A stretch of DNA of 64,000 nt from Oscillospiraceae bacterium. GTDB lineage: Bacteria; Bacillota; Clostridia; Oscillospirales; Ruminococcaceae. A program made the translations under genes and the position numbers. The stretch spans positions 19,955 to 83,954 of the forward strand of contig JAFRJM010000015.1 of NCBI GenBank assembly GCA_017432285.1. The letters are read 5' to 3'. The notes beneath the pieces were generated by a model, which saw nothing but the letters and a program-made list of their open reading frames with translations, was not told the origin of the DNA and searched no databases. Each line of letters opens with the position of its first letter. The first letter of the stretch is position 1. Below, piece by piece: positions 1 to 6,719 of this stretch.

Positions 1-1
1 T

Positions 2-145
2 TTTATTGTAAACACTAATTACGTGCGACGTATTTCTTCCAATATGCTCGAGCTCGAAGGTACTGCTGACTTAGTCCCTATAGGCCGCTTATACTCAGAC
101 AAACTTAAACAAAAGTTGTTCGGTTTAGAAGGAGGTAACATTTAG
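2..145 (+). CDS. LytTR-type response regulator, C-terminal fragment (gene starts upstream of window; AgrA-like)
   Basis: Frame open from window edge: FIVNTNYVRRISSNMLELEGTADLVPIGRLYSDKLKQKLFGLEGGNI*. The pattern (..VN..yI..i....l.L..G..vPiuR.Y...lK..l) matches the C-terminal strands of LytTR DNA-binding domains. TAG stop 143-145 overlaps the GTG start of the next gene by 1 nt. Too short for the ORF track. Confidence 0.55.
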   Translation, partial: FIVNTNYVRRISSNMLELEGTADLVPIGRLYSDKLKQKLFGLEGGNI

Positions 146-1494
146 TGACTATTCCTGCTTCTTTGTGGTCAATTATAGAAATATCTATAAATGTATTGGA
201 TAGTTTTCTGATCCTTCTCCTTATTACTTCATCTCTACCTATGAAAATTCAAGCAAAATTGGTGTGGATTGGGTCAACCGTTGTTCTCGCTATAATTTGC
301 TCGATAGCAAACAAGTACTGTACCTCTATTTTCCAAATGCTTCTAGTCTTAACAATGTCTTTATACGCATTCACCTTCTTTTTCACAGATGGAAGCATAA
401 CCACAAAAATTTTCTGGACAATATTCACCCAAATCATTTTCTTCGGAAATGATATGATTCAAAGTAGCCTGGTATTAAAGATTCTTCATGACGTACCGAG
501 TGATATTATCTATCAACCAGGCGCTGTCCGTTTATACCTCATGGTAATAACGAGAGCCACTTTGATTGTTTTAATTTTTAGCTTAAGGAAAAAACATATC
601 CTTTTCTATTCATCCAGAAAACAAACCTTAATGCTTTTGCTTTGTCCTATTTTGAGTTGGATCTCTCTCCTTCTATTAACCAATCTCTTTGCCAAAAATC
701 AACTTTATGATTCATATGTTATAATAAGCACCATTTTGATTTGTGCCATAAATGCCGTATATGTTTATTTGTTTGTAAATTTAAAAATTAGAGATGATAC
801 GATTAATGAAAACAACCTTATCATACAGCGACTTGAGACTGACAAACGTCTTTATGAATCCGTAAAACTTTATAATGCTCACCTTGCTGAATGGAAACAC
901 GATATCAACAAACATCTTCAAGCTATCCTTGGATTGCTCAAGAATAATAATTCCACGCAGGCAATTGATTATATTACAAAGGTTGAAAACGATTTATTTA
1001 CTACACCTCAACCGGTAAATACAAATAATCCTCTTTTTGACAGCTTAGTAGGTGGTTATTGCGGTAAAGGCACCTCTCTAGGAATACAAATTTCATTGGA
1101 GCTTATGGTCCCCCCACTAGATTTTATCGATGAGCTGGATATGTGCAGCATAGTGGGAAACATATGGGAAAATGCTATAAAAGGTTGTCTTGACTCCGAC
1201 TGTGAACCAAAACAAATTCGTTTTAAAACAGATATATCTCACAATCACTTTATGTTGGAAATGACAAATTCTTATTCCAGTTCGAGTGCTAATATACCTA
1301 ACAAAAGTGAATCAAGGCACGGACTAGGGTTGAAAATCATTGAGAAAATACTCGAAAAGAATGACGGCTTTTATACTATAACAACCTCTGATTGTTTGTT
1401 CTCTATATATATCGCCATTCCCTTCAAACACGATGATAGTAATAGCCCTAACAAAGTCAACGCATTCTTTTGGAAGAACTATCAAAATGATTAA
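145..1494 (+). CDS. AgrC/ComD-type (HPK10) membrane sensor histidine kinase
   Basis: 449 aa; about 6 hydrophobic helices in the first ~210 aa; H-box 'AEWKHDINKHLQAI', N-box 'VGNIWENAIKG', G-box 'RHGLGLKIIEKIL' (GHKL ATPase). GGAGG at 131-135, 9 nt before GTG 145. Confidence 0.8.
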   Translation: MTIPASLWSIIEISINVLDSFLILLLITSSLPMKIQAKLVWIGSTVVLAIICSIANKYCTSIFQMLLVLTMSLYAFTFFFTDGSITTKIFWTIFTQIIFFGNDMIQSSLVLKILHDVPSDIIYQPGAVRLYLMVITRATLIVLIFSLRKKHILFYSSRKQTLMLLLCPILSWISLLLLTNLFAKNQLYDSYVIISTILICAINAVYVYLFVNLKIRDDTINENNLIIQRLETDKRLYESVKLYNAHLAEWKHDINKHLQAILGLLKNNNSTQAIDYITKVENDLFTTPQPVNTNNPLFDSLVGGYCGKGTSLGIQISLELMVPPLDFIDELDMCSIVGNIWENAIKGCLDSDCEPKQIRFKTDISHNHFMLEMTNSYSSSSANIPNKSESRHGLGLKIIEKILEKNDGFYTITTSDCLFSIYIAIPFKHDDSNSPNKVNAFFWKNYQND

Positions 1495-2035
1495 TGAGCT
1501 AACTACACTATATGCGGATGCTCTAGTATCTCATGGAATCATTTCTCGCGACCAAAAAGAAATACACATTTATGGCTTGGCTGCTCTTATTATTAATATA
1601 TTGAATTACAGTGTATTTATTCTTCTTGGTATTTGCTTTGGTTTCGCACTTGAAACTATCATTTTTTTCTTTTTTTATGTTTCACTAAGAAACATAATTG
1701 GAGGAAGGCATGCCTCGTCACCTATATCTTGCTTGCTCTATGGTGTCTTAATGTGGATATTAATGATTCTGATCTATAACCATGTCCACCTCACTTATTT
1801 GATTGAGTTTATTATATCATTTATCCTTTTCGCAAGTCTTTCGCTTATTATTCATAAAAAGGAAATAGCATTTATAAGGAAACAAGTGGGTATCATTTTG
1901 CTAACTGCTCAATTTTTTACAAGTGTCATATTGCTCTTGTTAAATAGCCCATTATCTTTTTTAATAACTCTTTCTATTTTTTCCAATTTAATAATGAATT
2001 TGTATCTTTTTCCAACAGCTTTAGACAAAATATAA
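1487..2035 (+). CDS. agrB: AgrB-family membrane cysteine peptidase (autoinducing-peptide maturation)
   Basis: Polytopic ~182-aa protein with 'LRNIIGGRHASSPISC'. His75/Cys82 have the same 7-residue spacing as the catalytic H77/C84 of S. aureus AgrB. ATG 1487 overlaps the kinase stop (ATGATTAA). The ORF-track start 1433 lies inside the kinase gene and is unlikely. Confidence 0.8.
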   Translation: MINELTTLYADALVSHGIISRDQKEIHIYGLAALIINILNYSVFILLGICFGFALETIIFFFFYVSLRNIIGGRHASSPISCLLYGVLMWILMILIYNHVHLTYLIEFIISFILFASLSLIIHKKEIAFIRKQVGIILLTAQFFTSVILLLLNSPLSFLITLSIFSNLIMNLYLFPTALDKI

Positions 2036-2376
2036 GTTCGTACTATATATCTGCTAAATTAAGCATAAATGAGAATTCGTTTGGAGCTTGATGTGGTTGA
2101 TTCAAATTAGTTTGTAATGCAACTTAGTTTGGAATTGTTCCAAAATACCGTTTTACGCAGTTCAGTAATAGGATACTTCGTTAGTATAAAAAACTTCAAA
2201 ATAGCACATTGCACATTTTTGAAACTACAATAACCAAAAACTAATAGTAAAGCAATTGAATTATGTATGTTGGTATGTGACTACATCGAACATACTGCAG
2301 ACAACACCCAGCAACATGCATAAACCATGCAGCAGAGCATTTATAAAAGTAGGCATTTGGAGGGAGGGATTGTAGT

Positions 2377-3336
2377 ATGCCATATATTGCCCGTGCGGCA
2401 GTTCAGCTGAGAGACACCTATCCGGACTGTGGTATTGATGAATGGCATTTCATTAAGCGCATCGATAGTATTGAGTATAGATGGAGGCTAAAGAAGAATC
2501 ATGCATATGAAGTGGTTAGCGGAATCTTTGATGAGCGTAAAGAAGCTCTGTTATCTGCAAAACAGATGTACGTGACACTTTTCTATTTTATGCAAATAGG
2601 TGGTATTGCATTATCAGAGTCGGGATGTCAATTCTACGAGCCAAATCTATATGTAGAGGAATTTGATGGGGATAAAGACACCTTTTTTGATAATGAAGAA
2701 TATTTCTTCTATTCCAAAAACAAGCAGGGTGAGAATTGGGGCCCAAGTGTATATGAAGTTGAGAACAGTTTTGAGGAACTTTCAGAAATACACGACTTTT
2801 CTATGACGGTTTCAATACAATGGCCTGGTTTTGACTTGAGTTTTGACAACGTCGATGACTACTTGTTCACATATTCTTCGGAAGCCCAAGAACTCTTGAA
2901 TGCTGTCGATCTGGCAACACGGGCGAACGATTTCGGCATGGGTATGACAATCTACTGTGGACTCTTGGAACATTTGTCTGAGACAACAGATAAAGATCAA
3001 GATGTTCTTGCTGTGATTGATGATCTTATTAAATCAGTTAATTCGACGACACTGACAGAAGAAAAGAAAAGTTCATTGATAAACTATCTGAAGCTCGGGC
3101 GGAAAATCTCGGCAAACCAAAAGTGTACAACACTTTGCAAAAAATACGCAAAGGATAGTTATAGAAGTTTTATGACAAAAAATATAATTAGGGAAGCATA
3201 TAGAATCCGAAGCGCTTTTACTCATGGCGAAAACTACGACACTCTTGAATTGGAATGTGCAGCATACATTAAGTTGGTCGTACTTGATGTTATAAGGAAC
3301 TATCTCGCCAAAAAGGAGAAGGATTCCTTTGTCTGA
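2377..3336 (+). CDS. Hypothetical protein with C-terminal HEPN-like (ApeA-like) Rx4-6H motif
   Basis: 319 aa; strong RBS GGAGGGAGGG 2359-2368. C-terminal helical region ends in 'REAYRIRSAFTHGENYD' (R276/R278..H283, nt 3202-3225), resembling the 'Y..RS.iaHG' form of the HEPN RNase motif. I do not recognise the N-terminal ~170 aa. Confidence 0.55.
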   Translation: MPYIARAAVQLRDTYPDCGIDEWHFIKRIDSIEYRWRLKKNHAYEVVSGIFDERKEALLSAKQMYVTLFYFMQIGGIALSESGCQFYEPNLYVEEFDGDKDTFFDNEEYFFYSKNKQGENWGPSVYEVENSFEELSEIHDFSMTVSIQWPGFDLSFDNVDDYLFTYSSEAQELLNAVDLATRANDFGMGMTIYCGLLEHLSETTDKDQDVLAVIDDLIKSVNSTTLTEEKKSSLINYLKLGRKISANQKCTTLCKKYAKDSYRSFMTKNIIREAYRIRSAFTHGENYDTLELECAAYIKLVVLDVIRNYLAKKEKDSFV

Positions 3337-3639
3337 ACAAGCATCATCGATTTTCTCCAAAGTCTAAGATATGTGCGATTTGACATGGAACAATGGTGTG
3401 TCCGATTGGCATCATTTTCTATAAGCTTGTATATTACCCAATGGACACTTTCTCGTTTTTGCAAAAGTAAACAAATGTCGAAAGACACGTATCTCATACT
3501 TGTACGATTCTGTGATTTATGTTATCCCCAGCGGACATTGGGAGAAATGTGATAACAGAGTAATTAAATAAGATTAAGTAATTAGGAATGAAAGGAAATA
3601 TGCTGTAAGTGGTTATCACTACATCATAAAACTATAATT

Positions 3640-3969
3640 ATGCCAAATTCTATTTATTTATATGATACTGCAGGCAGTTGGATTGCTTTCAGGATCGGGA
3701 AATATTTATTTAATACTAACGGTGACTGGATCGGTTGGTTCCCCTGGGAAGGTATTGCAGTTGATACAGAAGGCTCCTATTTAGGCTCCATATATTCGAA
3801 TAATAGGCTTCTCGTTGATTTGAATATCCATTCCCTTCCATACCCAGGCTACCCAGGCTACCCAGGCTATCCGGGCTACCCAGGCTATCCGGGTTTTGCT
3901 GGGTATTGTGGCTTTATACCACATACTGCTGATGTTAGTGAAGATAAGCTGAGCGGAGGTGCAAAATGA
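3640..3969 (+). CDS. Small beta-hairpin-repeat protein with (YPG)n low-complexity linker
   Basis: 109 aa. Internal repeats YDTAGSWIAF / FNTNGDWIGWF / VDTEGSYLGSI, then PYPGYPGYPGYPGYPGYPGFAGYCGF. It is the only in-frame start after the stop at 3589-3591; no obvious RBS. Its stop overlaps the ATG of the next gene (ATGA). Confidence 0.6.
   Translation: MPNSIYLYDTAGSWIAFRIGKYLFNTNGDWIGWFPWEGIAVDTEGSYLGSIYSNNRLLVDLNIHSLPYPGYPGYPGYPGYPGYPGFAGYCGFIPHTADVSEDKLSGGAK
3841..3912 (+). repeat. In-frame 9-bp tandem repeat (TACCCAGGC-like, 6 good + 2 degenerate units) encoding (YPG)n
   Basis: Read directly: tacccaggc x3, tatccgggc, tacccaggc, tatccgggt (3841-3894), then the degenerate units tttgctggg and tattgtggc (3895-3912). 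Confidence 0.95.
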
Positions 3970-4646
3970 AGACAATCCACGCGTATGAGAGTCAAAAGAT
4001 TCTTGATACGCTTAAACAAAACATAGAATCGTTCAGAATACTACTTGAAACAATAGATGATGATGTTACTCGGCAGAACATACTTCGATCCATGCTATTA
4101 TTTGCTTGTTTTGGAATTGACGCCATTGTAAAACAACTAATAAATGAGGCACTTAGTCTTGTCATAGAGAGAGAAATAGGAGCACAGGAACAATTAAAGA
4201 AGTACACCTCAAGAGAATTGAAGAAAGATTCAGACTACACTCTCACGGCCGAACTCTTGACTGTAAAAGATAGCAGGAAATGGTTGATAGAAAGATTAAA
4301 GGTGGAACTTTCTATCAACAGTTTACAAAGCGCTGATCAGTTATATAAGGTTGCTTCGTATTTTAATATAAGCACCGAAAAACTGGTAGACAAAGATAAT
4401 AAAGCGATACTAAAAGATGCTTTTCACACTAGAAATATAATAGTTCATCAGATGGATATTGATCTGGCTAATAATACAGTTAACAGGCATGAGATTGAGG
4501 AAATCAATGATTTTGTGCAAACAATTTATATGGTGGCGAACAATTTTATTACTGAAGTAAACAATATCTTATGTAAACCCGTTACAGATGATTATGCCCC
4601 GATGTTTTCTTTTGAAAATGGCGTCTTTTCTATACGAAGCGAATAA
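3966..4646 (+). CDS. Predicted HEPN-domain protein (Rx4H), translationally coupled to the upstream repeat protein
   Basis: 226 aa, apparently all-helical. 'KDAFHTRNIIVHQMD' gives R156-N-x3-H161 (nt 4431-4448), the canonical HEPN RN..xH signature near the C-terminal third. GGAGG 3955-3959 sits 6 nt upstream of ATG 3966, inside the preceding ORF. Confidence 0.6.
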   Translation: MKTIHAYESQKILDTLKQNIESFRILLETIDDDVTRQNILRSMLLFACFGIDAIVKQLINEALSLVIEREIGAQEQLKKYTSRELKKDSDYTLTAELLTVKDSRKWLIERLKVELSINSLQSADQLYKVASYFNISTEKLVDKDNKAILKDAFHTRNIIVHQMDIDLANNTVNRHEIEEINDFVQTIYMVANNFITEVNNILCKPVTDDYAPMFSFENGVFSIRSE

Positions 4647-4680
4647 TTACAGGTACTTATTTCTGATATGTGTGATTAAA

Positions 4681-4699
4681 TGACAACATTTTGACAACA
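4681..4699 (+). repeat. Tandem direct repeat TGACAACA-ttt-TGACAACA upstream of the AlbA_2-like gene (possible operator); third copy at 6134-6141
   Basis: Read directly: tgacaaca 4681-4688 and 4692-4699 (11-bp period), about 80 nt upstream of ATG 4776. The same 8-mer occurs at 6134-6141, 3 nt after that gene's stop. I did not see it elsewhere in the window. Confidence 0.4.
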
Positions 4700-4775
4700 A
4701 ACAATCAGATTGCCCCTGCTTTTAGGCTAGTCAGAACACCTGGGGTATTTCTATTAAATAGAAGGAGAACATTCC

Positions 4776-6131
4776 ATGGCAGAATCTCAAAACATCGAAT
4801 ATAAAGCATCTTGGCGCGATGAATACCTTAAATGGCTATGTGGTTATGCAAATGCTCAAGGCGGAACTCTGTTCATCGGTATAGATGATGATGGAAACGT
4901 AGTAGGTGTTAATGACAGTAAGCAATTGGCAGAAGCCCTGCCAAATAAAATCACAAATGCATTGGGAATCATAGCCGACGTAAATCTCAACACAAATGAT
5001 GGAAAAGACTTCATCACAATCACGGTAGAGAAGTATCCTTCCCTTATCAGTTATCATGGTCGTTACTATTACAGATCCGGCAGTGTGCTCCGGGAAATCG
5101 TAGGCAAAGAATTGGATAGGGCATTATTAAAAATCCAAGGTGTCACCTGGGACGCAATCCCATTGCCCAAGATTACGGTTTCTGATCTCAAACCGGAAGC
5201 GATTGCTTTATTCAAGCAGAAGGCTTTGGCACGCGGTCGCTTGACAACTGAAGATGCAAATGTCAGTGAGAAGATCCTTATGGAAAATTTACACTTAGTA
5301 GATGACGATGGATTATTAACACGTGCAGCGATGCTTGCATTTTATCATGACCCAGAACGTTGGGTGACAGGTTCATATATTAAGATTGGATTCTTTGGGT
5401 CATCTCATTCAGATCTCCAATATCAGGACGAAGTTCACGGGCCTTTAATTGAACAAATTGACCGAACTATCGATTTGGTTTATACCAAGTATTTGAAAGC
5501 CCGAATCACTTATGAAGGGATTCAGCGGGTTGAAGTGTTTATGTTCCCTCGAGAGGCATTCCGTGAAATACTGCTCAACGCTGTTGTCCATAAAGACTAT
5601 TCTGCATGCAACTCCATTCAGATCAGTGTCTATGATAACGAGATGTATATTTGGAATGATGGTCAGATGCCGGAGAATCTTCGTACGACAGAGAGTCTTT
5701 TTGCTAAACACTCATCCAAGCCTTTTAATCCAAAACTTGCCCATGTATTCTTCGTTAGCGGCATGATCGAAGCATGGGGCCGTGGGTTTGATAAGATCAA
5801 ATCCGCCTGTGATGCACTATATCATACTCCTATGCCGGAATATGACATTGGTGCTGGTGGAATTATGGTTCATTGCAAAGCAAATGATAAGTACCTGGAA
5901 TTGATGAATCCAAATGGACATAATGTCCAAAAGGATGTCCAAAAGAAAAACAAATTGGAAGAGCGGATTATAGAACTTATATCTGCCCAAAGGGACATTT
6001 CATTGTCTAAAATGGCTGACCAATTAGGTGTCTCCTCAAAAACTATTCAAAGAAGCATTGGAAGACTAAAACAGAGCGGGAAAATAAGCCGACGAGGAGG
6101 AAAACGATTCGGATACTGGGAACTGCATTAA
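4776..6131 (+). CDS. AlbA_2 (Schlafen-like, 'divergent AAA/AAA_4') + HATPase_c_4-like + C-terminal wHTH protein
   Basis: N-terminus 'ESQNIEYKASWRDEYLKWLCGYANAQGGTLFIGIDDDGNVVGV' is the classic AlbA_2 signature. Middle region 'REILLNAVVHKDY...EAWGRGFDKI'. C-terminal 'IIELISAQRDISLSKMADQLGVSSKTIQRSIGRLKQSGKISRRG' looks like a wHTH. GAAGGAGA RBS. Confidence 0.8.
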   Translation: MAESQNIEYKASWRDEYLKWLCGYANAQGGTLFIGIDDDGNVVGVNDSKQLAEALPNKITNALGIIADVNLNTNDGKDFITITVEKYPSLISYHGRYYYRSGSVLREIVGKELDRALLKIQGVTWDAIPLPKITVSDLKPEAIALFKQKALARGRLTTEDANVSEKILMENLHLVDDDGLLTRAAMLAFYHDPERWVTGSYIKIGFFGSSHSDLQYQDEVHGPLIEQIDRTIDLVYTKYLKARITYEGIQRVEVFMFPREAFREILLNAVVHKDYSACNSIQISVYDNEMYIWNDGQMPENLRTTESLFAKHSSKPFNPKLAHVFFVSGMIEAWGRGFDKIKSACDALYHTPMPEYDIGAGGIMVHCKANDKYLELMNPNGHNVQKDVQKKNKLEERIIELISAQRDISLSKMADQLGVSSKTIQRSIGRLKQSGKISRRGGKRFGYWELH

Positions 6132-6146
6132 TATGACAACACTTAA

Positions 6147-6630
6147 ATAATTCTTAAGATTGCAGAGGATGAGATCCCGTTTGAGATCCCGGAGAGCTGA
6201 AAATGGTACAGAATTGGTAAAGTCTTTAATATAGTAAACAGGTTTGCTCCTCTAAAAAGCAACTCAGAGTTCTGGTTAAATAGCAATATTCCATGGTTCA
6301 CAATTAAGGATGTTTGTCGACAGGGCAGATTTATATCAACTACAGAAAAGTATATTTCGTAGAAGGCGCTATCGAAAAAACACAGAGAGAATTGTTCCTC
6401 CAAATAGTGTATTGCTATGCTGTACTGCATCAGTTGGAGAGTATGCGTATACCAGAGTACCTCTTCCAACAAATCAGCAATTCAATGCTTTCGTTACGAA
6501 GCTTGAGTTTGACGATGCTGTTTTCCATCTGTATGTCTTTGAATTCGCGAAGACCCTACCGCTTGCCGAGCAGAAGCACATCGTTGCCCAGTTGGAAGAG
6601 TTGCTTCCACTGTGCGAGAGATTGAAATGA
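6147..6630 (+). pseudogene. hsdS: Decayed type I restriction-modification specificity subunit (HsdS) remnant
   Basis: Reads 'IAEDEIPFEIPES*KWYRIGKVFNIVNRFAPLKSNSEFWLNSNIPWFTIKDV..TTEKYIS*', then shifts frame twice to 'EGAIEK' and 'TERIVPPNSVLLCCTASVGEYAYTRVPLPTNQQFNAFV...LPLAEQKHIVAQLEELLPLCERLK'. These are typical HsdS TRD and conserved-helix motifs. No start codon; TGA (6198-6200) sits where the conserved Trp of 'PesWkW' is expected; at least 2 frameshifts, one near the A6 run ~6374-6380; the segment before 'LPLAEQ' looks shortened. Confidence 0.75.
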
Positions 6631-6719
6631 GGTATTTGTAAAATGATGACCGGGCCTGTAAAAGAGAATTTATTATGTTTGGTAATTGTTAATATAGATG
6701 GAGACGCTAGTATCCTCAG

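Noticed and set aside
2117-2233. 38-aa ORF after agrB as an AgrD candidate. Also the tiny ORFs at 2069, 2267 and 2316.
   Set aside because: No RBS and no amphipathic-leader / acidic-tail organisation. It contains a single Cys but is otherwise unlike known AgrD precursors. Kept only as a note inside the agr finding.
3385-3552. 55-aa Cys/Trp-rich ORF (MEQWCVRLASFS...CDLCYPQRTLGEM) in the 2377/3640 intergenic region.
   Set aside because: No RBS, and the composition is consistent with random AT-rich sequence. No supporting feature.
3841-3912. Short tandem repeats considered as a CRISPR-like or other non-coding array.
   Set aside because: The unit is 9 bp with no spacers and is perfectly in frame within an ORF. 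It is a coding low-complexity repeat.
6198-6200. In-frame TGA at the conserved Trp position of HsdS, considered as possible TGA=Trp recoding.
   Set aside because: Many clearly delimited genes in the window terminate with TGA (e.g. 3967-3969, 17523-25, 25015-17). The same remnant also has frameshifts and no start codon, so a pseudogene is the simple explanation.
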